Below, in pieces: positions 28,878-38,222 of a stretch of DNA of 64,000 nt. Position 1 is the first letter of the stretch. Each line of letters opens with the position of its first letter. Below the pieces are notes generated by a model, which was given only the letters and a program-made list of their open reading frames with translations, was not told the origin of the DNA and made no database searches. Source of the stretch: Myxococcota bacterium (GTDB lineage Bacteria > Myxococcota_A > UBA796 > CAJQPC01); contig DASCPX010000016.1 in NCBI GenBank assembly GCA_036012755.1, forward strand, positions 1-64,000, in the 5' to 3' direction. The translations under genes were made by a program, and so were the position numbers.

Positions 28878-29590
28878 GCCTTGTCCTCCACTGGCCCGAC
28901 CCTTGCGACGAGCACCGTGACGTTGTCCCTGCCGCCTCTGTCCAGGGCGAGCCCGATGAAGCGATCGGCCAGCTCCGCGAGGTCCTGACCGAGCTCGCGT
29001 GCCGTACGGAGCTCGGCGTAGATCTCGCTGTTCAGCACGTGGTCGGAGAGGCCGTCGCTGCACAACAGCAGCAGATCTCCGGGCTCCACGTCGAGCTCGG
29101 CGAGGTCGACGACATCGGCCGCGAGCTCAGAGTCAGCGCCCAGATCACGGGTCACCTCGTTGCGACCGGGCGCCCGGTGGGCCTCTGATTCGCTCACGCA
29201 GAAGCGCTCCAGGCTGCGCTCACGGACCGTGTGGTCCCGCGTGAGCAGCATGCAGGCACCGCCAGCCTGGGCGGCAAAGACCCGACAGTCGCCGACGTGG
29301 GCGATGGTGGCTCGGCTCCCGTCGATCGCGACGCGCGCGGCGACACAGCCCATGCCTGCCAGATCGGGGTGTTCGAGGGTCCGCCCGAAGACCGCGGCGT
29401 TGGCGGCCACGAAGCGCTCGACCGGCTCCCCTTCACGGACGAGCTCGGTGACGGCCAGGGCCGCGGCCAGCTTGCCGGCCACGTGCCCGCCCATGCCGTC
29501 GACGACGACGAGCACGCCCTCGCCGATGGCGAAGACGTCTTCGTTTGCCCGGCGGACCAGGCCGCGATGAGTGCGCCCCTCTGCCGCCAT
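28874..29590 (-). CDS. PP2C-family Ser/Thr phosphatase
   Basis: RRANED, DGMGGH, HVGD.R, CSDGL, GGRDNVT. Confidence 0.95.
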   Translation of the reverse strand: MAAEGRTHRGLVRRANEDVFAIGEGVLVVVDGMGGHVAGKLAAALAVTELVREGEPVERFVAANAAVFGRTLEHPDLAGMGCVAARVAIDGSRATIAHVGDCRVFAAQAGGACMLLTRDHTVRERSLERFCVSESEAHRAPGRNEVTRDLGADSELAADVVDLAELDVEPGDLLLLCSDGLSDHVLNSEIYAELRTARELGQDLAELADRFIGLALDRGGRDNVTVLVARVGPVEDKA

Positions 29591-30450
29591 CACAGCTTCT
29601 CCACCGTCAGCGTGAGCAGACCGTTGGTGAGGTGGACGACGACGGCGTCGTCGAAGGGAACGCTGATCTCCTTGCCGCACATCAGCTGGGCTTCGCCGAC
29701 GGCGACCGGGTTGCCCAGCATGCGCTCGACCAGGACCTGGTCAGAGACGACCTCCAGGCGCAGGTGCTGGCGTGAGAACTCGCTGGAGCCCGTCGGCAGG
29801 GAGATGAAGTCGCTCCCACCGCCTCCACCGCGACGTCCGAGGGTGTAGCGGACACCCTCCTGCAGCCGACCGAAGGGCCTGTCGTGACAGCGCAGCTCGG
29901 CGACGACCCGCCCCTGGCGCTGCACCGGGCTGGCGTGCCGTCGCACGGTGAAGGGGGACCCGGCGCGCTCCGTCTCCACCATGTCCGGGTCGTCCTCGTC
30001 GATGGGGACGTGGCCACGGAGGGTCTCGGAGCCCTCGGCGCCCTTGTCCTCTGGGTCGATGACGAAGCGACCGTGACCTCGGTACAGCTCGGGGTTCTCC
30101 TCGAAGCGCAACGTGAAGCCCTCGGTCGATGCACCGCGCCTGCGAGCAGCCTCGGTCAGGCCGAACTCGATCGCCGGCCGGGCGCTGGCCGCGTAGGGAT
30201 CGAGGGAGCGGTGGTCCTCGGAGGAGAGCTCCAGGGTCCAGTCCGTCCCGATCAGCGGGTTGCCGGCAGCGTCCAGAGCAGTGTGCTCGTCGACGACCCC
30301 CTCGCAAGCGCGCACGACCAGGTGGGGGTCGACCTGCAGGTTGGCGGCGCCCAGCCAGCGGCTGAGGCTCCACCAGGGCTGACGCTCCTGCCAAAGCCGC
30401 TTGAAGTCGATGTCGAAGCGGCCATCGCCGCCATGGATGCTCTTGGACAT
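29590..30450 (-). CDS. FhaA-like protein (DUF3662-like N-domain plus FHA)
   Basis: L.LSSED...L.PY N-domain; FHA LGR...SRQH...GN; AAGGAG SD. Confidence 0.8.
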   Translation of the reverse strand: MSKSIHGGDGRFDIDFKRLWQERQPWWSLSRWLGAANLQVDPHLVVRACEGVVDEHTALDAAGNPLIGTDWTLELSSEDHRSLDPYAASARPAIEFGLTEAARRRGASTEGFTLRFEENPELYRGHGRFVIDPEDKGAEGSETLRGHVPIDEDDPDMVETERAGSPFTVRRHASPVQRQGRVVAELRCHDRPFGRLQEGVRYTLGRRGGGGGSDFISLPTGSSEFSRQHLRLEVVSDQVLVERMLGNPVAVGEAQLMCGKEISVPFDDAVVVHLTNGLLTLTVEKL

Positions 30451-30461
30451 GGGTGTCTCCT

Positions 30462-31175
30462 TCAGGCCTCGACGACGAGGGCGAGGCGGAACTGGGGGGC
30501 GGAGCCGAAGAGCAGCAGCCTGTCTCCCGCCCTCAGCACGAGGCGGCCAGCGGGGTCGGGCAGGACGCGACCGCCGTCGGCGCGCTCCGCGACCACGAAG
30601 CGACGCTGGCCGGACTCGGGGATCACGAGCAGGCGGCTCGCCAGGCGCTCGATGCGGACGGCCCGACGACTGACGAAGCGAGCGGACGAGGGCAACGCGA
30701 TGTCGTTCGCGCCGCCGCTGGGCGACTCCCGGCGCCACGCCCCACGGCCGAGGCTGAAGACCCGCTGGCTGCGAGGCAACGCGAACACCGCGCCCCGCCA
30801 CCGCCACGGACACTCCGCCGCCGGGGGCTCGAGCACGAAGCGGACGGGGGCGGGCTTGTCGACCTCGCGGCCGAAGCAACGGTTGCCCTCACCCTCCACG
30901 ACCTCGAAGTCCAGCGCTGGCAACACCTCCGGACCACTCCGGGCGAGTCGATTGACGACACGCTCCTGCACCTGCTGGGCGAAGCCCGGCTGGGCGACCC
31001 AGGCCTGCAGGGCCCCGCGCCCCGGTCCGGAGACCTCGTAGACGACCTCGATGGCTTCTGGGAAACACTCGCCGGAGTCATCCCGGCCGAGGTGTGCCAT
31101 GACCGCGTCCACCGCGGACTGCAGGGCCACCTCGCGGCTCACCTCGACCCTGTTCTCGAACAAACGGAAACGCAT
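30462..31175 (-). CDS. Protein with C-terminal degenerate FHA-like domain
   Basis: LGRG...NDIAL...FVSRRA; AGGAGG SD before ATG 31175. Confidence 0.7.
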   Translation of the reverse strand: MRFRLFENRVEVSREVALQSAVDAVMAHLGRDDSGECFPEAIEVVYEVSGPGRGALQAWVAQPGFAQQVQERVVNRLARSGPEVLPALDFEVVEGEGNRCFGREVDKPAPVRFVLEPPAAECPWRWRGAVFALPRSQRVFSLGRGAWRRESPSGGANDIALPSSARFVSRRAVRIERLASRLLVIPESGQRRFVVAERADGGRVLPDPAGRLVLRAGDRLLLFGSAPQFRLALVVEA

Positions 31176-31202
31176 GAGACCTCCTGTGGAGACCACCTAC
31201 GG

Positions 31203-31239
31203 AGCCCGCTGACACCACACCAGCGGCTGTCAGCGGGCT
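31203..31239. promoter_or_regulatory. Perfect 12-bp inverted repeat between divergent genes
   Basis: AGCCCGCTGACA-N13-TGTCAGCGGGCT. Confidence 0.6.
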
Positions 31240-31261
31240 GTCAGTGATCTACCCTCGGGCC

Positions 31262-31705
31262 ATGAGATGGCTGCTCCTGGTCCTGGGACTGACCACCCTG
31301 TCCGCCTGCTCCCAGCCTTGCGCCCGCGTGACGGGCAACTGGTCGGGCGAGTTCTGGGGTGACTCCCTCGAAGGCGAGATCGACATCGACTTCACGGCCA
31401 ACGGCGCGGACGCCACGCGCGGGAGCTTCCTCGGGACGTGGACGCCGAGCGAGACCGTCGTCGAGGAGCCCAACCTCAGCGGGCTCTACAGCTGCCCGGG
31501 CGAGGGTCAGCTCGAGGGCCTCTACATCGACTGGGAGAGCGAAGGCGACGGCGGCGTCGAGCAGGTCTACGGCCAGCTCTTCGGCTACATCTCGAGCAAG
31601 CTGGAGGCCGACGGAAACTGGGAAGCCGACTGGTGGACCGAGGGTGGGCTGCTCATCGGAATGTACGAAGGGGAGTGGTCCGCGTGGCACGAGTCCTCCT
31701 ACTGA
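31262..31705 (+). CDS. Small lipoprotein
   Basis: MRWLLLVLGLTTLSAC; G.W.G repeats. Confidence 0.7.
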   Translation: MRWLLLVLGLTTLSACSQPCARVTGNWSGEFWGDSLEGEIDIDFTANGADATRGSFLGTWTPSETVVEEPNLSGLYSCPGEGQLEGLYIDWESEGDGGVEQVYGQLFGYISSKLEADGNWEADWWTEGGLLIGMYEGEWSAWHESSY

Positions 31706-32112
31706 TCTGGGGCTGTGGGCCCTGCGCCAGCCTCGTCGGCTGGTACGACGGCACCATCAGCGGCGACCGCGAGGGCTTCACGGAGTTCGACGTCGCCACG
31801 ATCGACGAGACCCACGTGGAGCTCGTCGGCTTCTGGTCTCCTTCTGGCCTGCCACGCACGGGCGAGGTGAACTTCTCGACCACCCGGGCCTGTGACGCCG
31901 ACGATACGGTCACCCAGCTGGACTACGACGAGCTCTGGCATCACCTGCCCAACGACAGCTGGGAGCGCTGGGTGGGCCAGGTGACCTTCCAGATGGACAA
32001 GCAGGGCATCACCGGGGGCTGGTTCTTCGACATCGAGGCAGGCCCTACGGAGGCCGAGCTGGAGCAGCAGGAGCAGATCGCGGGGACCTGGGCCGCCGAC
32101 AACGACCCTTGA
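31684..32112 (+). CDS. Small lipoprotein, probable paralog of the preceding gene
   Basis: GTG start, LLLIWGC-GPCA..G.Y.G...GD. Confidence 0.6.
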   Translation: MARVLLLIWGCGPCASLVGWYDGTISGDREGFTEFDVATIDETHVELVGFWSPSGLPRTGEVNFSTTRACDADDTVTQLDYDELWHHLPNDSWERWVGQVTFQMDKQGITGGWFFDIEAGPTEAELEQQEQIAGTWAADNDP

Positions 32113-32157
32113 CGTCCGGCGTCGGAGCGCTACCTGCGGGTCCTCACGGAAGGACCC

Positions 32158-34068
32158 ATGGCCGATCCCCAGACCCCCGACATCATCGACGCTGACGAGA
32201 CCGACGACAACGAGTTTTCGGTCCACAACTTCGACGCAGAGGTCCGACAGCTCCTCGACCTCGTCATCCACAGCCTCTACAGCGACCGCGAGGTCTTCCT
32301 TCGCGAGCTGATCAGCAACGCCAGCGACGCCCTCGACCGTGCCCGCATGGCAGGCCTGGAGAACCCGGAGCTGCGACCCGCCGACGGCGAGGCAGCGATC
32401 GACATCCGCGTCGACCCCGTCGAGTCGACCATCACGGTCTCCGACAACGGCATCGGCTTGACCGAAGAGCAGGCAGTCACGGCCCTGGGCACCATCGCTC
32501 ACTCCGGCACGAAGGCCTTCGCCAAGGCGCTGGAGGAGGGGGTCGATCACAACCTCATCGGCCAGTTCGGGGTCGGCTTCTACGCCGCGCTGATGGTCGC
32601 CGAGCACCTCACGGTCCACTCGCTGTCTGGCGAGCCCGAGGCAGAGGCCATCACCTGGGCCTGCGACGGCTCCACCGAGTACACGCTCGGCAAGGGCAAG
32701 CGCGAGACCCGCGGGACCGACGTGATCCTGAAGCTGCGCGAGGACGCCTTCGACTTCCTCGATCCGGAGACGCTCGCAGCCGTCGTCAAGCGCTACTCGG
32801 AGTTCGTCGGCTACCCGATCCGCATCGCCGAGGAGCAGGTCAACGAGCCCAAGGCGCTCTGGACCCGAAAGGCCTCTGACATCTCAGAGGACGAGTACAC
32901 CGCGTTCTACAAGCAGACCTGCGGCGACTGGGCCGACCCGGCGACCCACATCCACGTCCACGCCGACGCGCCGGTGCAGTTCAAGGCGCTGCTGTTCGTC
33001 CCGGCCATGGTGCCGCAGGATCTGAACTACTCCGACGGGCGGCGCCCGCTGAAGCTCTACGCCAAGCGCGTGCTCATCCAGGAGGAGGCCCGAGAGCTCC
33101 TCCCCGACTACCTCCGCTTCGTGCGCGGGGTCGTGGACTCAGAGGACATCCAGCTCAACGTGAGCCGCGAGCTCATCCAGCAGGACCGAACCGTGCGAGA
33201 GCTCCGGGAGCAGCTCGTCAACCGGGTGCTCCGCCACCTCAAGAAGATGGCGAAGAAGGACCGCGATGAGTTCGAGCGCGTCTGGACCGACTACGGCGCG
33301 GTGTTGAAGGAGGGCTTCAGCCGCCGCCCGGGCGAGGTCCTCGACGTGACCGGCAAGCTCACGGAGCTGGCGCTCTTTCGCAGCACGGAGAGCGACTGGA
33401 CCTCGCTCGCCGAGTACAAGGAGCGCATGGCAGAGGGCCAGGACACCATCTGGTTCCTCACGGCCACGGATCCGCAGACCGCCGCGCGCAGCCCCCACCT
33501 CGAGGGCTTCGCGAAGAAGGGCTGGGAGGTGCTGCTGTTGACCGACCCGGTCGACGAGTGGGTCGTCCAGAGCCTCAAGGACTACGAAGGCAACGAGCTC
33601 AAGGCCGTGAGCCGCGGGGAGCTCGAGTTCGACGAAGAGGAGGTCGACCACGACGACGCCCTCGACGAAGACCTCGTCGGCTGGCTCAAGGAGACCCTGT
33701 CCGACACGGTCAAGGACGTGCGCGTCAGCTCACGACTCACGGACTCGCCCTCGGTCCTGGTGGACGACGAGCACGGCATGTCCGCGAACATGCAGCGCAT
33801 CATGACGGCGATGAACCCCGGCATGTCGATGGCAAAGCGCATCCTGGAGATCAACCCCACGCATCCATTGATCCGCTCCCTGGAGGCCTTGCACGGCACC
33901 GGGCGCAAGACAGAGGCGCGCCCGCTGGCCTTCCTCCTCGTCGACCAGGCCAAGCTCTCGGAGGGCTTCGTGGACGACCCGGGAGCCCTCGTCGAGCGTC
34001 TCCAGGCCCTCAGCAAGCTCGCGGCGGCCGGGCTCATGGGCCATGATGGGGGCGGCGCCGAGGAGTAG
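32158..34068 (+). CDS. htpG: Molecular chaperone HtpG (Hsp90)
   Basis: HSLYS.REVFLRELISNASDA, IGQFGVGFY, LNVSRE, LEINPTH. Confidence 0.98.
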   Translation: MADPQTPDIIDADETDDNEFSVHNFDAEVRQLLDLVIHSLYSDREVFLRELISNASDALDRARMAGLENPELRPADGEAAIDIRVDPVESTITVSDNGIGLTEEQAVTALGTIAHSGTKAFAKALEEGVDHNLIGQFGVGFYAALMVAEHLTVHSLSGEPEAEAITWACDGSTEYTLGKGKRETRGTDVILKLREDAFDFLDPETLAAVVKRYSEFVGYPIRIAEEQVNEPKALWTRKASDISEDEYTAFYKQTCGDWADPATHIHVHADAPVQFKALLFVPAMVPQDLNYSDGRRPLKLYAKRVLIQEEARELLPDYLRFVRGVVDSEDIQLNVSRELIQQDRTVRELREQLVNRVLRHLKKMAKKDRDEFERVWTDYGAVLKEGFSRRPGEVLDVTGKLTELALFRSTESDWTSLAEYKERMAEGQDTIWFLTATDPQTAARSPHLEGFAKKGWEVLLLTDPVDEWVVQSLKDYEGNELKAVSRGELEFDEEEVDHDDALDEDLVGWLKETLSDTVKDVRVSSRLTDSPSVLVDDEHGMSANMQRIMTAMNPGMSMAKRILEINPTHPLIRSLEALHGTGRKTEARPLAFLLVDQAKLSEGFVDDPGALVERLQALSKLAAAGLMGHDGGGAEE

Positions 34069-34071
34069 TAG

Positions 34072-34869
34072 ATGCTCGCGCTGCTGTCGTCCTGCTCCAT
34101 GCCCTTCGGCGGGCCCGAGGGCGCGACCCCCGGACAGGGAGACTGCGACGAGCTCGTGGTCGGCTGGCTCGACGAGGACGGAGACGGCTTCGGTCGCGAG
34201 CAGGAAGAGGCGTGCGAGGCCCAGTGGTACTGGGTGGACGCCGGCGGGGACTGCAATGACGAGGACCCCCTCATACACCCCGACGCCCTGGAGATCTGCG
34301 AGCCGTGGTCCCGCGGCGTGGACGAAGACTGCGACGGCACCCTGGACTGCGAGGACGCAGACTGCCGCGACGAGTGCCTCGAGGACGACTGCAACGACGG
34401 CTACGACCAGGACGACGACGGGCTGACCGACTGCGAGGACGACGACTGCCTGGGCACGGCCGACTGCGCCTCCTTCACCGCGTACATCACGGGCGGCGGC
34501 GCCTACACCCTGTCCCGCTACGCGGTCAGCCAGCAGCTCTGGGCGACCTCTGTGAAGGGCCACGTCATCTTCACAGAGGGCATCGTCGGCAGCTGCACCT
34601 TCACCCTCGGCCGGGTGGAGATCTGGACCTCCTACGGCATCACCACCGACGTGCGTCGCGAGGACATCTGGCCCAGCGACGGCTGCCCTTCGTCGCTGTC
34701 GACGGGTTTCCTACCCCGCACCTCGGAGCTCACCTTCTCAGGCTCTCGCATGCCCCGGCTGAACACCGGCGCCCCCTGGTACGGCTCCACCCTGACCAGC
34801 AGCAGCTGGGGCAGCTCGTCCACGTTCTACCGTGGCGCGATCACGGGCGGATCGACCTTCTCGAGGTAG
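34072..34869 (+). CDS. Lipoprotein with Cys/Asp-rich metal-binding repeats
   Basis: MLALLSSC; DEDGDGFG, DCND..P.IHP.A.EIC, DCED.DC. Confidence 0.8.
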   Translation: MLALLSSCSMPFGGPEGATPGQGDCDELVVGWLDEDGDGFGREQEEACEAQWYWVDAGGDCNDEDPLIHPDALEICEPWSRGVDEDCDGTLDCEDADCRDECLEDDCNDGYDQDDDGLTDCEDDDCLGTADCASFTAYITGGGAYTLSRYAVSQQLWATSVKGHVIFTEGIVGSCTFTLGRVEIWTSYGITTDVRREDIWPSDGCPSSLSTGFLPRTSELTFSGSRMPRLNTGAPWYGSTLTSSSWGSSSTFYRGAITGGSTFSR

Positions 34870-34878
34870 CCTGTGGAT

Positions 34879-35568
34879 ATGTTGATCACCCTGTGGATCA
34901 CTGCTTGTTCGACTGATCAGAGTCCGCCTCCGACGCGGATTCTGATCGAGGCGCCGGATCCGGTCGTCGTGCAGCTCGAGGTGCCCCCGGAGCCCGTGGC
35001 GAACACGCCGCCGGAGGGCTGGACAGAGCTGGTCGGCGCCCCCTCGCTGGACTTCGCCTTCGACTACCACGGCACGGACAACTTCACCGGCGCCCAGCTC
35101 CCTGGCTACGAGGCGAAGGGCGCCTGGCTCCGGGACGAGGCGGCGGCGGCGCTCCTGTTGGCGGCGGCCGACCTCGACGCGCAGGGCCTCCGACTCGTCG
35201 TGCGTGACGCCTACCGGCCGGTCCGGGCGACCCTGGCGATGTGCGACTGGGCGGAGCGCACCGACCAGGTCCACCTCCTCGACGATGGCTACATCGCTCG
35301 GAAGTCAGGCCACAACCACGGCAACACCATCGACGTGAGCCTGAGCCGAGATGGGGTCGCGCTCGATTTCGGCAGCCCCTACGACCACTTCGGCGTCGAG
35401 TCCCACACCGCCAACGCCTCGGACGGGGCCGCAGAGGCCCGCGTCCTGCTCGGTGGGGCCATGTCGAAGCACGGCTGGAAGAACTACTCCAAGGAGTGGT
35501 GGCACTTCTCCTACTCGATGCAGGGCACCGAGCCCCTCGACGTGCCCTACGGGGTGTCGGGGGACTGA
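34879..35568 (+). CDS. ddpX: D-Ala-D-Ala dipeptidase (M15, VanX/DdpX-like), lipoprotein
   Basis: DAYRP, SGHNHGNTID, EWWHF; N-terminal LWITAC. Confidence 0.88.
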   Translation: MLITLWITACSTDQSPPPTRILIEAPDPVVVQLEVPPEPVANTPPEGWTELVGAPSLDFAFDYHGTDNFTGAQLPGYEAKGAWLRDEAAAALLLAAADLDAQGLRLVVRDAYRPVRATLAMCDWAERTDQVHLLDDGYIARKSGHNHGNTIDVSLSRDGVALDFGSPYDHFGVESHTANASDGAAEARVLLGGAMSKHGWKNYSKEWWHFSYSMQGTEPLDVPYGVSGD

Positions 35569-35582
35569 GGTAGGGTCGCGCC

Positions 35583-36344
35583 GTGCTGCGACGTCTTCCG
35601 TTTTCGATCCGAGTAGGACTTCGCAGGGTCCCCGCCACGCTGAGATGGCTGGGCCGACCTCGTCTTGCTCGGGGCGACATCACCGACTTCCCGGCGCTAC
35701 ATGCCAGGCGCCGGAGCCCCCTCCGCCGCCAGTCCACGCTCTACGCAGGGGGCCTCCAGGCCGCCAAGGAACACAACGTGCGGCGAGCCGCGGCCTTGAT
35801 GGACGGAGTCGTCATCGACCCCGGCCAGAGCCTCTCCTGGCACGCCGTCATCGGCCCGCCGATCCGCGCTCGGGGCTTCGTCCCCGGCCCCGAGCTCCAC
35901 GCCGACCGCCTCGCCCAAGGAGGAGGTGGTGGGCTCTGCCAGGTTGCGAACCTCGCAGCCTGGCTGGCGGTGCATGCTGGACTCGAGCTCCCCGTGCGCC
36001 ACCGCCACGGCCTCGACCTGTTCCCAGACGAGGCCCGGACCGTGCCCTTCGGTCTGGGCGCGACCGTCTTCTTCCCGACCCGCGACCTGGTCATGAAGAA
36101 CCCGCACGAAGTGCCCCTGCGTCTGGGCTTCGGCGTCGAAGATGGCTTCCTGCTCGGCGAGCTCCGCTTCACGGAGCCCCTGGACGAGCGCTTTGTCGTC
36201 GAGGAGCGTGACGCCGGCTTCGAGCGCATCGATGGCGTCGTCTACCGCTTCAACCGCCTGGTCCGTGTGAGCGCGCACGGCGAGGAGCTGCTCTGGTCGA
36301 CCCGCGCCCGGGTCGCCTACTCCGTCTCCGAGGAGCTGCTGTGA
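35583..36344 (+). CDS. VanW-family protein
   Basis: GGGLCQV, RHRH, PFGLGATV, DL..KN. Confidence 0.88.
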   Translation: MLRRLPFSIRVGLRRVPATLRWLGRPRLARGDITDFPALHARRRSPLRRQSTLYAGGLQAAKEHNVRRAAALMDGVVIDPGQSLSWHAVIGPPIRARGFVPGPELHADRLAQGGGGGLCQVANLAAWLAVHAGLELPVRHRHGLDLFPDEARTVPFGLGATVFFPTRDLVMKNPHEVPLRLGFGVEDGFLLGELRFTEPLDERFVVEERDAGFERIDGVVYRFNRLVRVSAHGEELLWSTRARVAYSVSEELL

Positions 36345-37744
36345 TCCTGCTCTTGGCCTGTTCCGGAAACCCCGAACCCCAGAAGGTCGAGGAGAAGCCT
36401 GCCCTCGAGGTCCTCGCCGAGGCTCCGGACAAGGCGTCCACCAAAGTGGACTTCCACCTGGAGGCGGCCGTCCTGACATCCGAGGGACTAGCAGATGGCC
36501 TGCTGCGCGGGAACGACGCCTGGGTGCCCATCGGCAATCCCAACGGCGAAGGCCTGCTGTTGCGCTTCGCCGAGCCCTTCTACTTCAGCAAGCTCGAGGT
36601 CAGCGCCTGCTCCACCGGCCCCGCCTGGACCCCGACTGTCTTCGTGAACGGAGCCCGGGTCGACGACCGACGCCTGGAGCCCGGGGGGACCAAGGCCGTG
36701 CAGGTCGGCGAGGTCGTGAAGTCCGTCTTCGTGCGCATGAGCCACGCCGAGCCGGGGGCCTGCATGGGCGGTGTGCGCTTCCTGGACTCCAAGGGCGAAG
36801 ACCTGAACGTGCTGCCACCCCGCCACGTCGGGGCCGAGGTCCGGGCCAGCTCCACCCTGGAGCCCGCCGACGCCTACCACACGCTCTACCTCGTCGACAG
36901 CCGCACGGACTTCGGCTGGGTGGAGGGCGCCAAGGGCACCGGCGCGGGCGAGAGCCTGAGCATCACCCTGGACGAGGAGGTGGAGCTCCACGGCGTCCGG
37001 CTCTGGAACGGCTACCAGCGCAGCGAGGACCACTTCAAGAAGAACGCGCGCCTGAAGAAGGTGACCCTGTCCTTCGACACCGGGTCGGTGACCCTGGAGG
37101 TGCCGGACGCCATGGGGCCCTCCGAGCTGTCCTTCGATCCGGTCAAGACGCGCAGCCTGAAGCTGACCATCGACGAGGTCACCCCGGGCAGCCGCTACGA
37201 GGACCTCGTGATCTCCGAGCTGGAGCTGATCGACGAGGACGGCCCCCTCAGCCTCAGGACCTGGGACGACCGGGCCAAGGCCCTGCGCACCGCCCACGCT
37301 GGCACCGCGCTGGGGGCCCTGATGGACCAGCAGCTCGAGAGCGTCTGCAGCGACGAGTGGATCACCCAGGCCAAGCTGCGCAGCAACCACAGCTTCGTGG
37401 TCTACGGCGAGAGCATGGACACCTCGACCGTCTTCGACGGTGCCTGGGTCCCGCTGGGCAAGGAGGGGGCCTGGACCGCGGTCAAGCTCTACGGCCGACG
37501 CCACCGCATCCGCTCGACCTACCAGCCCTACGGCACCGACACGACGGACGAGGAGACCCGGATCGGCGGCGGCAAGCTGCTCCTGGCGCGAGCCTCCGAC
37601 CTCGACGAGGAGACCTGGATCGTCACCTCCGCCGAGCTGGCCTGGGGCCTGACCTGCTCGCCGAACCTGAGCCACGCAGAGGCCATCGAGATGGGCATCG
37701 TGCTCATGAAGGGGGCGGACATCGACGCGGTCGTCGCCTTCTGA
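36341..37744 (+). CDS. Lipoprotein with NADase-type glycan-binding/discoidin-like domain
   Basis: MILLLAC; ASSTL...WVEG..G.GAGE...NGYQRS...F.KNARLK...ISELE. Confidence 0.75.
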   Translation: MILLLACSGNPEPQKVEEKPALEVLAEAPDKASTKVDFHLEAAVLTSEGLADGLLRGNDAWVPIGNPNGEGLLLRFAEPFYFSKLEVSACSTGPAWTPTVFVNGARVDDRRLEPGGTKAVQVGEVVKSVFVRMSHAEPGACMGGVRFLDSKGEDLNVLPPRHVGAEVRASSTLEPADAYHTLYLVDSRTDFGWVEGAKGTGAGESLSITLDEEVELHGVRLWNGYQRSEDHFKKNARLKKVTLSFDTGSVTLEVPDAMGPSELSFDPVKTRSLKLTIDEVTPGSRYEDLVISELELIDEDGPLSLRTWDDRAKALRTAHAGTALGALMDQQLESVCSDEWITQAKLRSNHSFVVYGESMDTSTVFDGAWVPLGKEGAWTAVKLYGRRHRIRSTYQPYGTDTTDEETRIGGGKLLLARASDLDEETWIVTSAELAWGLTCSPNLSHAEAIEMGIVLMKGADIDAVVAF

Positions 37745-38222
37745 TGCTCCTGATGCTCGGGTGTGGCATGGAGCCAGCGCCGCAGCCGCCTCCGCCCCGG
37801 CTGCAGTCGATCCTCACGTCCAGCATCGGCCCAAACCCCTTCGACGCCACCGCCGGGATCGGGCCGATGGCGTCACCCAGACCCAGATCAAGCTCCGCTC
37901 CAACCAGACCTTCGACATCGTCGGCGAGGACCTCGTGGCGCACGGCGACTGGTTCCCGTCGGCGGCCTTCCGCGGCTGGACGAAGGTGACGCTCCATGGA
38001 ACGAGAACCCAGGGCGGCGAGACCACGGTCCTCGACAGCGAAAGCCTCACCCTGGCGACAGCCTCCGAGCTCGACGCTGCAGGCTGGATCGACACCGCCC
38101 GGCGCTACACCTCGGCGCTGGACTGCGAGGGCCAGATGAGCCACGAGCAGGCGGCCAGCGAGGGCATCGTGATGGTCGAGGGCGCAATAGAGGCCGTGGT
38201 CCGCCTCAACGCCGCCGAGTGA
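37744..38222 (+). pseudogene. Frameshifted lipoprotein, paralog of the C-terminal domain of the preceding gene
   Basis: MLLMLGC at a TGATG overlap; frame change near 37855; KLRSN, ASELD...W, L.C...SH..A...GIV shared with the upstream gene. Confidence 0.65.

Noticed and set aside
25905..28988. 1027-aa plus-strand ORF and many other long antisense or Arg/Pro-rich ORFs
   Set aside because: Shadow frames of real genes in high-GC DNA; no recognisable motifs
34879..36344. Vancomycin-resistance cluster
   Set aside because: No vanH, D-Ala-D-Lac ligase or vanRS nearby
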